Below are positions 34,005 to 43,238 of a stretch of 43,828 nucleotides of DNA, in pieces. Under the pieces are notes generated by a model. It did not search any database, had not been told where the DNA came from, and saw nothing but the letters and a program-made list of their open reading frames with translations. The first letter of the stretch is position 1; the number at the start of each line of letters is the position of its first letter. The position numbers and the translations under genes are program-made. Source of the stretch: Opitutaceae bacterium (lineage in GTDB: Bacteria; Verrucomicrobiota; Verrucomicrobiia; Opitutales; Opitutaceae); assembly GCA_027488595.1 (NCBI GenBank), contig JAIYBI010000240.1:1-43828 (forward strand), read 5' to 3'.

Positions 34005-36923
34005 ATGACGCTGCCTCGCAGATCCGTCTCCGGTCCCCTGTATTTCCGTCCAAAGCTCGCTCTTGCGTTGCTTGCCCTTTTGGGAACCGTCCCCGCCTTC
34101 GCCCAAGTTACCATTCCGATCGCGAACCAGCTCGCCGAGGTTGAACTCAACCTCAAGGCCAAGAAACCCGCCGACGCCGCCAACCTGTTGGATGAGATAA
34201 TCAAGCGCGCCCAAGCCGGCGAAGCCCTTCCTTCGGGTCTCACTTTGGAGCGCCTGCTGCTCACCGCCGCCAACACCAATTTCCAATCGCAGCTCTACCC
34301 CCGCGCCGCCGAGCTCGGCGCCCTCATCGAAAAGCTCGACTCCGTCGGGCCGGCCGCCCTGGCCGAGGCCCGCATGATCCGCGGCCTCTCTCTCGCCCTT
34401 CAGCAGAAATATGCCGAGGCCATTCCGATTTTCAAAGCCGCCGAGGAGTCCATCACCTTCCGCGACAAGGCACTGCTTTACGGCGCGATGTCCGCCAACC
34501 AGGCCGGCCAGCTCCCAGTCGCCATCGAGACCTACAACCGCCTCCTCGCCACCTCCGCCCGCGATCGCGACTGGGCCGACGCCGCCCTCGCCTTGGTTGA
34601 TCTTCATGTGCGCGCCGGCAACGTTGCCGACGCCCGGCGCGGCCTTGGCCTTCTCCGTGGCAACCTCGCCCTGGTGGATAATCTCGCGGGGCTCAACATC
34701 CTCTCCCTCCAGCTCGGTGACGCCCTCATGAAAGCGGGCGACAATGCCGGTGCCCTCGCCGCCTTCCGCACCATCACCACGCGCGACGACCTCATCTCCG
34801 AACAGAAGAAGCGCAACGCCGGCCTTGAGCGCGCCCTCGCCCGCCTTCAGGCCATCACCCGCCCCTCCGCCACCGACTCCGACGCCATCCGCCGCCTCAA
34901 CTCCCGCCTCGAGCAAGCCAAGGCCTCCCTCGAGCAGATCGAGAAACTCCCCGGCTACGACGCCACCCTCCGCTACCGCCTCGCCTACACCTTCCAGGAG
35001 CGCGGCGGCGCGTGGGAGGCCGCCCTTCTCTACGAAGACCTGCTGGCCAACCACCCCGAATCAGCCGAGCGCGAGAACGCCTTCTTCGGGCTCGTCCGTT
35101 GCTACGCCGACACCGGCCGCTTCGAGAAAGTCCGCGAGTCCGTTGACCGCTTCACCCGCGCCTTTCCCGGTTCCAAGTTCGGCCCGCAGGCCCTTTACCT
35201 CGCCGCCATGGCGGCCGGCTCCCGCAACGACCTCGAGGGCCAGCTCACCTTCCTCGGCTTGGCGACGGACAACTACGCCGCCGGGGAACTCACCGAGCCG
35301 ATGCGCCTGATGCGCGCCAACGCCCTTTTTTCACTCAACCGCTACGCCGAGGCCAAGGAAACCGTCGTCGCCTACGCCAAGGATTTTCCCCAGGGCAAAT
35401 TCATTGAGGAGGCCCGCTACCTTGCCGCCATGGCCGATCTCGCCGAAGGCCGCTCCGGCGAGGCCGAGAAACAGATCATCGTCTACCTGAAAGACTTTCC
35501 CGAGGGCCGCTTCGTGCCCGACGCCCGCTACCGGCTCGCCGCCACCGCGTATTCGCGTGAGGACTACAAGACCTGCGCCGAGCTTTGTGTGAAGTGGCTC
35601 GCCGACTATCCCTCCGAGCAGCCCCAGCGCGGAGAGATCCACTCCCTCCACGCCGACGCGCTCGCCGGCCTCGGCAATATTTCCGAAGCCATCGTCGCCT
35701 ACCATGAGGCCCTGAACCTGCCGCTCTCCGACGAGCAGCTCGGCTACGTGCTCGACGAGCTCAACCGACACTACCAGGCCCGGCGCGAGTTCGACGCCGC
35801 CGTCGCCATGTGGGAGCAGTTCGCCGCCGAGAAACCCGACCACCCCTTCGTCATCAACGCCGCCTACTGGATCAGCCGCATCCGCAGCAAGGAGGGCAAG
35901 TTTGACGAGGCCCTCGAACTCGTCTCCCAAATCACCCGCCGCTACGTCAACGACCCCTCACGCGGCGATGTCGAGCGCCTCCTCGTCGAGATGGCCGCCA
36001 CCCTCGCCCGCCCGCCTCGCGTCAAGAAGGGCGAGCCCAAACCCGAGCCCATCCCCGAGGAGACCCTTTTCGCGCGCGTCAACCAGCTCATCCTCGTCGG
36101 CGACACCCGCAATAATCCCACCGCCCGGGCCCGTGCTTTGTTTGTCCAATCCGAGATCGCCTCCCTGCGCAAAAACGACGCGCTGCGCGACCAGCTCCTT
36201 GGCAAGATCGCGTCGAACTACGCGCCCGACCAACTGCCCCCAGGCATTCTCGGCAAGGTTGGCGACGCCATGCTCGCCCTCGGCCAGCCCGAGGTGGCCA
36301 AAAAGTTCTACGAGCAAATCATCACGGCGCACCCCAAGTCTGTTTTCGCCGACTTCGGTTACGTCGGCCTCGGTGACATCGCGCTGCTCGATGGCAATGG
36401 TGACGAGGCCCTCAACCGCTATAACGCCGCCATTGATGTTGCCGGCGCCCGCTTCAAGTTAAAGGAGGCGACGCTCGGCCGTGCACGCGCCTTCGCCCTC
36501 CTTGGCAAACTCGACTCCGCCCGCGAACTCTTCGAGCAGGTCGCCGGCAATCGTTCCTGGCGCGGCGAGGCCACCGCCGAGGCCCTTTACAATCTCGGCG
36601 AAATCGCCATCCGCCGCGGCACCCCGGACGATCTCGCCAAGGCTCAGGCGCATTACCAACGCGTTTACCTCTCCTATAAACGCTTTCCCGCCTGGGTTGC
36701 GAAGGCCTACATCCGCTCCGCCGAGACGTTTATCAAGCTGGGCCAGAAACAGGAAGCCAGCAACACCCTCGAACGCATGCTTACCTTCCGCGACCAGCTT
36801 CAATCTTACCCCGAATGGAAGGCCGCCTTGGATCTGAAAGCCACCGCCGGACTTCCCGCCGCCGCCTTCCCTCCCGAGCCTGCGGCTCCCGTCACCGCTG
36901 CCCCGACCCCCGCGAAATCATGA
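34005..36923 (+). CDS. Large exported tetratricopeptide-repeat protein
   Basis: Signal peptide ending AFA-Q, many TPR/CpoB-like helices (..FP.S...P.ALY, YP.....), and YQRVYL.Y...WVAKAY. Start uncertain. Confidence 0.85.
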   Translation: MTLPRRSVSGPLYFRPKLALALLALLGTVPAFAQVTIPIANQLAEVELNLKAKKPADAANLLDEIIKRAQAGEALPSGLTLERLLLTAANTNFQSQLYPRAAELGALIEKLDSVGPAALAEARMIRGLSLALQQKYAEAIPIFKAAEESITFRDKALLYGAMSANQAGQLPVAIETYNRLLATSARDRDWADAALALVDLHVRAGNVADARRGLGLLRGNLALVDNLAGLNILSLQLGDALMKAGDNAGALAAFRTITTRDDLISEQKKRNAGLERALARLQAITRPSATDSDAIRRLNSRLEQAKASLEQIEKLPGYDATLRYRLAYTFQERGGAWEAALLYEDLLANHPESAERENAFFGLVRCYADTGRFEKVRESVDRFTRAFPGSKFGPQALYLAAMAAGSRNDLEGQLTFLGLATDNYAAGELTEPMRLMRANALFSLNRYAEAKETVVAYAKDFPQGKFIEEARYLAAMADLAEGRSGEAEKQIIVYLKDFPEGRFVPDARYRLAATAYSREDYKTCAELCVKWLADYPSEQPQRGEIHSLHADALAGLGNISEAIVAYHEALNLPLSDEQLGYVLDELNRHYQARREFDAAVAMWEQFAAEKPDHPFVINAAYWISRIRSKEGKFDEALELVSQITRRYVNDPSRGDVERLLVEMAATLARPPRVKKGEPKPEPIPEETLFARVNQLILVGDTRNNPTARARALFVQSEIASLRKNDALRDQLLGKIASNYAPDQLPPGILGKVGDAMLALGQPEVAKKFYEQIITAHPKSVFADFGYVGLGDIALLDGNGDEALNRYNAAIDVAGARFKLKEATLGRARAFALLGKLDSARELFEQVAGNRSWRGEATAEALYNLGEIAIRRGTPDDLAKAQAHYQRVYLSYKRFPAWVAKAYIRSAETFIKLGQKQEASNTLERMLTFRDQLQSYPEWKAALDLKATAGLPAAAFPPEPAAPVTAAPTPAKS

Positions 36924-37750
36924 GTTCCCCGCGCCACCGTCTTTTCCTTTCGTTGGTCATCGGTCAGTGTGCATTGGCCGTTCTGCCTGCCGCCTTTGCC
37001 CAGCGCTACATCCTCAAGGACAACACCGCCCTCGCCGCCTCCGAAGTCACCCTCGGCTCCGGCGCACTCGTGCAACAGGTCGCCATCCCCGGCGGCGGCT
37101 CGTTCGAGCGTCGTTATCCGCTTGCCGACGTCGCACGTCTCGAGTTCCCCGAGCCCGAAGCCCTCGACGAAGCGGAAAAGCTCGTGGCCGCCGGCTCCGG
37201 CGCGGATGCGCTGAAGCTCATCGAGCCCATCTACCGCCAGTTTGCGCCATTTTCCAAAGTGGTCGGTTCACACTGGCCCCGCGCCGCCCAGCTCCGCCTT
37301 CAGGCCCTCCTTCTCGGCACCGACAACAGCGCGATCACTTCTTCCGCCCGTGAGCTGATGCAGAGCGGCCTCGGCCCCGATGTCACGGGCACCGCCAAGC
37401 TCGCCCTTGCCCAGCTCGACGCCCGCGCCGGCAAGGAAGCCCTCGCAAACGTGATGCTCGAGCAAATCGTTCGCGAGGCGACTCCGGCCGTTCAGGCCCG
37501 CGCCTGGCTGCTGCGCGGCGACCTCGCCGCCGCCCGCACCGCACATGTCGAGGCGCTTGAGTGTTACCTGCGCATCCCCGCTTTTTTCGGCACCATTGAC
37601 GAGCTCATGCCCGCCGCGCTCCTCGGCGCAGCCCGCGCTTACCAGGGCTACGGCGATAGCAGCCGGGCCGAACGCTCCGCCCTCGATTTGATAGATAACT
37701 ATCCCGCCACCCTTCAGGCCGCCCAGGCCAAGAAGGAGTTTAATCTCTGA
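36920..37750 (+). CDS. Exported TPR-like protein
   Basis: ATGA overlap, signal peptide (AFA-Q), small beta N-domain, then TPR helices (ALECYLRIP, L...YP). Confidence 0.75.
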   Translation: MSSPRHRLFLSLVIGQCALAVLPAAFAQRYILKDNTALAASEVTLGSGALVQQVAIPGGGSFERRYPLADVARLEFPEPEALDEAEKLVAAGSGADALKLIEPIYRQFAPFSKVVGSHWPRAAQLRLQALLLGTDNSAITSSARELMQSGLGPDVTGTAKLALAQLDARAGKEALANVMLEQIVREATPAVQARAWLLRGDLAAARTAHVEALECYLRIPAFFGTIDELMPAALLGAARAYQGYGDSSRAERSALDLIDNYPATLQAAQAKKEFNL

Positions 37751-37819
37751 TTTGCTGTTTCGCTCTCCATCCTCTTCCACCCATCACCACCCGCTTCTCT
37801 TAAACTCAAAACTCAGCCC

Positions 37820-38611
37820 ATGAAACGCGTCCTCGCCCTTGTCTCACTCCTCGCCGCCTCGCCGCTTGCCTTGCTCGCCCAGGCCGCCGCTCCCGCCACC
37901 GTGAAGAAAGTCAGTCTTCTTCAGGAACTCTCCTCGCCCTTCATCCTCCCGCTCTGGGCCTGCTCCGGCCTTATCGTCTACCTTGTCATTGATCTCTATC
38001 TTAAGAGCGGTTCCAAGCAGTTCGTCCCCCCCGCGGATCTCGATATCCTTCGCACTTACTTCCGCGCCGGCGATTACCACGGGGCCTACGCCTGGACCGC
38101 CAAAAACACCGGCTCCGTCGCCGCTGTTGCTCACGCCGGCATCAAGCACGCCACCGGTGGCAAGACCGCATCCGAGGATGCCATGGGCGCCGCCATCATA
38201 GGCGAGAACTCGAAGTTCCAAAACAAGATCGCCTACCTCTCCGTCATCGGCGTCATCGCGCCCATGGTCGGCCTTACCGGCACCGTGGTCGGCATGATCC
38301 AGGCCTTCGCGGCGATGGGCGCCGCCGGTGCCGCCGACCCCTCCAAACTCTCCGGCGCCATCGGCCACGTGCTGCACGCCACCGCCGCCGGTCTCGCCGT
38401 CGCCATCCCGGCCTTCGTATTCTACTACCTCCTGCGCAACCGCGTCTCCCACCAGATCCACGAGCTCTCGCTCGCGATCAACGACCTTTTCCGTTGCTAC
38501 CCCTACGAGCACATGAAGGACGTCTCCTTCGAGGGTGGCGAACACGTCGCCGCCACCCCGAACTGGATCACCGGCGCCGCCCCCGTGGACGCTCCCGCCG
38601 CCCGGGCCTGA
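37820..38611 (+). CDS. exbB: MotA/TolQ/ExbB proton-channel protein
   Basis: IAPMVGLTGTVVGMIQAF and ATAAGLAVAIPA TM motifs. Confidence 0.92.
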   Translation: MKRVLALVSLLAASPLALLAQAAAPATVKKVSLLQELSSPFILPLWACSGLIVYLVIDLYLKSGSKQFVPPADLDILRTYFRAGDYHGAYAWTAKNTGSVAAVAHAGIKHATGGKTASEDAMGAAIIGENSKFQNKIAYLSVIGVIAPMVGLTGTVVGMIQAFAAMGAAGAADPSKLSGAIGHVLHATAAGLAVAIPAFVFYYLLRNRVSHQIHELSLAINDLFRCYPYEHMKDVSFEGGEHVAATPNWITGAAPVDAPAARA

Positions 38612-38665
38612 GTTGCGCGCCGCGCATCCCTTAAACTTCAACTTTAACCTCAACCCTTTACCAAC

Positions 38666-39091
38666 ATGGCAGGCGGTGGTGGCGGTGGCGACGGCGAGCC
38701 CGAATTTCAAATCGCGCCGATGATAGATGTTCTCCTGGTGCTGCTCATTTTTTTCATGAGCATCGCCACCTCGTCGGTGGCGCGCTACGATCCTGGCATC
38801 CAGGTGCCCGTCGCCACCGATGCGAATAAGAAAGAGGACTCCGAGGGCGAGCTGGTCTTCAACGTGGCTTGGAAGTCCGCCACCCTCACCGCGGTCACCA
38901 GCTTTGAGGAAGCCGTCGTGCAACCCGAAGACACGATTGGCACTCTTTCCGCCCGCAAAAAAGCCAATCCCCAGGTCCGCGTGCTCGTGCGCGCCGACGG
39001 CGAGACTCCCGTCCGCTACATCAACGCCATCGTCAACGCCGCCGCCCAGGCCGGCATCGTGGACGTCACCTTCGCCACCGTCGCACGTTAA
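38666..39091 (+). CDS. exbD: ExbD/TolR family protein (copy 1)
   Basis: IAPMIDVLLVLLIFFM with the conserved Asp, and VLVRAD. Confidence 0.92.
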   Translation: MAGGGGGGDGEPEFQIAPMIDVLLVLLIFFMSIATSSVARYDPGIQVPVATDANKKEDSEGELVFNVAWKSATLTAVTSFEEAVVQPEDTIGTLSARKKANPQVRVLVRADGETPVRYINAIVNAAAQAGIVDVTFATVAR

Positions 39092-39094
39092 AAA

Positions 39095-39136
39095 CCGATC
39101 GTTCCGATTAATCCGATCAGACCGATTCGCCCAATC
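39095..39136. repeat. 9-bp-period CCGAT tandem repeat (x5)
   Basis: ccgatcgtt ccgattaat ccgatcaga ccgattcgc ccaatc between the two exbD genes. Confidence 0.7.
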
Positions 39137-39144
39137 CCTTTTTC

Positions 39145-39591
39145 ATGAAACTCCCCGTCCAAGCCTCCAACCCCGACGTCGGTTTCCAGATCGCGCCCAT
39201 GATTGACGTGGTGTTCGTGATCCTCGTGTTTTTCATGTCTTTGGCCGCTCAGATCCGCATCGAGCAGATTCTCCAGACCAAGCTCCCCGGCATGTCGGTC
39301 GCCGGAACGCCCACCGAGTTTGTGGACGAGCAGATCCTTCAAGTTTCCGAGGATGGCGAGGTCACGCTCAATGACGAGGTTTACGACTCTCCCACCAGCC
39401 GTGATCTGCCCCAGCTCACCAGCACCCTCGGGCAGTTGAAGGCCTCCAGCGACGCCGCCAAATCCAAGCTCGTCGTCACTCTTATCAGCAACCCCGACTC
39501 GCCTTACTACCGCACCATTGACGTGCTCAACTCCCTCGCCCTTGCGGGTGTCACCAACGTGACTTTCACCGCCGACGCCGAAGAGCTGTAA
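39145..39591 (+). CDS. exbD: ExbD/TolR family protein (copy 2)
   Basis: IAPMIDVVFVILVFFM and Y...IDVLN.L..AG..NVTF. Confidence 0.92.
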   Translation: MKLPVQASNPDVGFQIAPMIDVVFVILVFFMSLAAQIRIEQILQTKLPGMSVAGTPTEFVDEQILQVSEDGEVTLNDEVYDSPTSRDLPQLTSTLGQLKASSDAAKSKLVVTLISNPDSPYYRTIDVLNSLALAGVTNVTFTADAEEL

Positions 39592-39612
39592 GCCCATCTT
39601 CACTCGTTCCCC

Positions 39613-41175
39613 ATGTCCGATCTTCCCGATTCCCCCGCGCCAGCCGACGAGACTCCGGCGCAGCACATCGCCGCCGTTCAGAAGAAGAAGAATTTCTACC
39701 TGCGCATCACCTCGAGCATGCCTCTGTTCATCACGGTGATCGTGCACGTCGTGTTCATCGGAGCGGCAGCCGCCATCGTGGTGCAGCAGGCCGGCGGCGG
39801 CAAAAAGAAGACCTTCGAGGCCAGCAATCAGTCGGAAAACGCCAACAAGCAGGTCGAGCACCGCCTTCAGGTTGCCCGCCGTGGCGGCGCGAGCAGCGCT
39901 TCCCAAAGCCCCGTCTCCGCCAACCGTATCTTTTCCACCTCGGAGAACGCCCTCCAAATGCCCGCCATGCCCGACCTGCCCTCGATGGGGGCGGGCGGCT
40001 TTGGCGGTTTCGGCGGCATGGGCTCGGGTGTCGGCCTCGGCGCCGGGTCCGGCATGTCCACTTCCCTCGGCGGCGGCACCGGCCTCGGCGGCCGCGGCTT
40101 CATGTCGCTCAGCTTTCTCGGCTCCACCACCCAGAACGTCCGCAATATCGTCTTTGTGGTGGATACCAGCGCCGAGATCATGGAGCCCCGCAAAGGCGGC
40201 TTCCGGGCCTTCTCGATCATCCGCGAGGAGATCATGCGCCTCGTCGGACGCCTCCCCCCGTCGTCCAAGTTCAATGTCATGCTTTTTGGATACAACTCTG
40301 GCGACGAGAATAACGCCGTTTCGTTAAACGCATTCAAACGCGAGCTCTCCCCCGCCACGAGCGATGTTAAAAAAGAGTTCTTTGAGTGGATGACGCCGGT
40401 CAACACCACGTTGGGCAGATTCGGCCCCACGTCAGCCGCCAGCCGTATCGTTCTCCGTGCCCAGCCTCTCCCGGAATCCGCTGGTGTGGACCCGCTCTTT
40501 CTTCCCCCCTACTGGGCTCGCGCTGTGCAAACCGCGCTCGAACAGCGGCCCGATACCATCTACGTCATCACCGCCAGCGGCGGCCGCCCGCGTAACCGGG
40601 TGAGCGAAGCAGTCTTGGCGACCCGCCGCACCGCAGAAGAAAAGGAAAAAGAGGACTTTGCCCAAGAGATGAAAAAGATCGGTCTAGATGCTGCTGCCGT
40701 CCGTGGCGCTCGCGATCGCGCTTTAGACAAGGCTTCTGCAGAGCTGGAAGCCCTCAACCGCAGGTTTGTAGCCGAGAAAAAGGATCCCGTCATCTTACGC
40801 ACAATCAGTGACCTTGAGCGGGCCGACGTCCAGGCGGCACTCAGGAAAAACGGTGCCAATCTCCGCTTCGACACCACCGGTTGGGCGGATAAGGATGGCA
40901 GACGCATCAACGTCCCTTCCACGTGGGTATCAACGGTGGAGGATGCCACCTGGAACGATTTTTACTCCCACTATGCACGCGTTCAGCGTGCGTTGGTGCC
41001 GGAGCGCCCGTCGCTGAACCTGTTCCTGTTTGTCGGCCCGGATGAGAAGCCAGCCGCTGCGATCACGAACCTGACCGCAGCCGCCAAGCGCAACGGCGGC
41101 AGCTTCCAACTCCTCACCACCAAGCGCCTCGAAGAGATCAAGGCCAAGGAAGACGCCGCCGCTGCGAAAAACTAG
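39613..41175 (+). CDS. Membrane-anchored protein: TonB/TolA-like TM, Gly/Pro linker, degenerate vWA-like domain
   Basis: TM with TVIVH, Gly-rich linker, and IVFVVDTS, FNVMLF, ALEQRPDTIYVIT and AAKRNGGSF vWA-like elements. Confidence 0.7.
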   Translation: MSDLPDSPAPADETPAQHIAAVQKKKNFYLRITSSMPLFITVIVHVVFIGAAAAIVVQQAGGGKKKTFEASNQSENANKQVEHRLQVARRGGASSASQSPVSANRIFSTSENALQMPAMPDLPSMGAGGFGGFGGMGSGVGLGAGSGMSTSLGGGTGLGGRGFMSLSFLGSTTQNVRNIVFVVDTSAEIMEPRKGGFRAFSIIREEIMRLVGRLPPSSKFNVMLFGYNSGDENNAVSLNAFKRELSPATSDVKKEFFEWMTPVNTTLGRFGPTSAASRIVLRAQPLPESAGVDPLFLPPYWARAVQTALEQRPDTIYVITASGGRPRNRVSEAVLATRRTAEEKEKEDFAQEMKKIGLDAAAVRGARDRALDKASAELEALNRRFVAEKKDPVILRTISDLERADVQAALRKNGANLRFDTTGWADKDGRRINVPSTWVSTVEDATWNDFYSHYARVQRALVPERPSLNLFLFVGPDEKPAAAITNLTAAAKRNGGSFQLLTTKRLEEIKAKEDAAAAKN

Positions 41176-41182
41176 TTTCATC

Positions 41183-41572
41183 ATGCCCGCCGTCACTCGC
41201 CTCCTTCACACCCGTTACCGCGTCAACGACCTCGCCGCTTCGGTGAAGTTTTACACCGAGGCTCTCGGCCTCACCGTCTCCCGCCGCCACACCTCGCCGC
41301 GGGGCGCGCAGCTCGTGTTTCTAACCACGCCGAACACCGCCGAGGAGATCGAGCTTTGCCAGATGCCCGCCGGCGCCGAGCCGGTGAAGGTGCAGTCTGA
41401 CCTCACCCACCTTGCCTTCGAGGTGGAGAACCTGGAGGCCTTCACCGCCGCGGCCGCCGCCAAGGGTTATCCGCTCTCCGACGGCCCCACCAAGACTGGC
41501 AGTGGCAGCATCATCGCCTTCCTTGACGCCCCCGAAGGCTACGAGATCGAGCTCATCCAAAAGGCCCGCTGA
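41183..41572 (+). CDS. gloA: VOC/lactoylglutathione lyase family protein
   Basis: LLHTR.RV.DL..S..FY...LG, IEL, HLAF.V and F...P.GY.IEL motifs. Confidence 0.8.
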   Translation: MPAVTRLLHTRYRVNDLAASVKFYTEALGLTVSRRHTSPRGAQLVFLTTPNTAEEIELCQMPAGAEPVKVQSDLTHLAFEVENLEAFTAAAAAKGYPLSDGPTKTGSGSIIAFLDAPEGYEIELIQKAR

Positions 41573-41635
41573 TTTGTCACACAATCCGCCGAATCGGGAC
41601 TTTGCGCCGATGCGGTGATAGCTTATCAGGGTCGG

Positions 41636-43198
41636 ATGCGTTTTATCCGAACACTGGGGTGTTGCGTTGGGTTGCTGGCGGTCGGCCTCGCCGGCTGCGC
41701 CAAGAAACCTGAGGAGGCGCCGCCATCAAAGACGCCCGCGATCCCCGTCAGTGCGCCACTCGTCGCCGCGCCGGAGCGCAGCGCGCATTTCGATGCGGTC
41801 AACCGCCACCTCGAACTCGGCGGCACGCTCTACGGTTATGTGGATATTGACGGCGACGTGCTGAAACTTGCCGCGGTGTTGCGCCAGTTTGTCGTGCAGG
41901 CGGCCGCCCAGCAACCGCAGGCCGCCGCGTTTATCCCGAAAGACTTTGGACCAATTTTTCAGGACCTCGGCCTTACCGATGTGACCGCGCTCGGCCTGAG
42001 CTCCGTGCAGGCGGCGGACGGAACCTTCCGCAACCGCGTATTCATCGCCACCCCGGGCGGGCGGCATGGTTTGCTCGCCGGGCTCGGCGGCCCTCCCGCG
42101 CCTTTTGCCGCCCCGCTGGTCGCGCCGGCGGATGCCGACTTCGTGTTTGAATCCGAGCTGGACACCCCGGCGGTGTATTCTGCCGTGCGGGCGGTGGTGG
42201 CGCGGCTGGTGGGCGAGCCGGCGGCGGGCTTTTTCGAGGCGAAACTCAAGGTGGCTGACCCGAAGACCGGCCTTGTTCCGCTGGATTTGATCAACGGCCT
42301 GAAGGGTCGGGTCTGCGTCGTCGCGAAGGCTGACGAGACGCGCACGTTTCAGCCCTCGCCCGAGCTTACCCTGCCCGCCTTCGACTTGCTGGTGCGCATC
42401 GAGGGCGTGGGCCGGGTCCTGGAGCCCGCGCTCGCCAAAGTGCCCGGTATCAAGAAAGCCACGACGCCCGCCGGCGTGACGATCTACACTTCGAACGATC
42501 CGGTGCCGAAAATCGAGTGGACGCCCGAGCTGCGCATTGAGGGCGATGTGCTCACCCTGGTCACCAGCGCGGCCTTCGGCGTGCCGGGCGGGGAAAAACT
42601 TTCGAGCAACCCGGCCTTTAAACAGGCGCTCGCCGCCCTCGGTGAAACAGGCAACGGGCTCACTTATGTCAGTCCTGCGCTGAGTTCACGTATCCAGCGA
42701 ATCGCGACTCTCAACCCCAGCCTCGACGCCAGCCAGCAGCAGACCCTCGCGTTCATTTTGACTCTGCTCCCGCGCGGCGATGCGCCGCTCGTCTCGGTGC
42801 GCCAGAACCTGCCCGACGGCGTGCTCATCCGCTCGCACTGGAGCGCTTCGCACAAGGCCAACCTGATGTTTGCCAACCCCGGCGTGGTGGTGACGACCGG
42901 CCTGGTGGCGGCGATGGCGATCCCGGCGTTTCAGAAGGTGCGCACGGCTTCGCAGCAAAAGGCGGTGATGAACAACATCCGCCAGCTCGCGGCGGCGGCG
43001 GATCAGTATTTTCTTGAGACCGGCAAGACCGTCTGCGGCTACCGTGACTTGGTCGGCAACGGACCCAACCAATACATCCGCGCCCTGAGCCCGGTGGCCG
43101 GCGAAGACTACACGAAGTTGCTCTTCCGGCAGGGTCAGCCGCAGATCACGGTCCTGATGCCCGATGGCAGCAAGGTGACTTACGACTGGAACAAGTGA
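41636..43198 (+). CDS. Lipoprotein with C-terminal type IV pilin-like domain
   Basis: Lipobox LAGC. C-terminal GLVAAMAIPAFQKVRTASQQKAVMNNIRQLAAAADQYFLE. Confidence 0.72.
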   Translation: MRFIRTLGCCVGLLAVGLAGCAKKPEEAPPSKTPAIPVSAPLVAAPERSAHFDAVNRHLELGGTLYGYVDIDGDVLKLAAVLRQFVVQAAAQQPQAAAFIPKDFGPIFQDLGLTDVTALGLSSVQAADGTFRNRVFIATPGGRHGLLAGLGGPPAPFAAPLVAPADADFVFESELDTPAVYSAVRAVVARLVGEPAAGFFEAKLKVADPKTGLVPLDLINGLKGRVCVVAKADETRTFQPSPELTLPAFDLLVRIEGVGRVLEPALAKVPGIKKATTPAGVTIYTSNDPVPKIEWTPELRIEGDVLTLVTSAAFGVPGGEKLSSNPAFKQALAALGETGNGLTYVSPALSSRIQRIATLNPSLDASQQQTLAFILTLLPRGDAPLVSVRQNLPDGVLIRSHWSASHKANLMFANPGVVVTTGLVAAMAIPAFQKVRTASQQKAVMNNIRQLAAAADQYFLETGKTVCGYRDLVGNGPNQYIRALSPVAGEDYTKLLFRQGQPQITVLMPDGSKVTYDWNK

Positions 43199-43238
43199 TG
43201 AAGTGCGGGCGGCGGGGTTGCGACCGCCGGTCACACGC

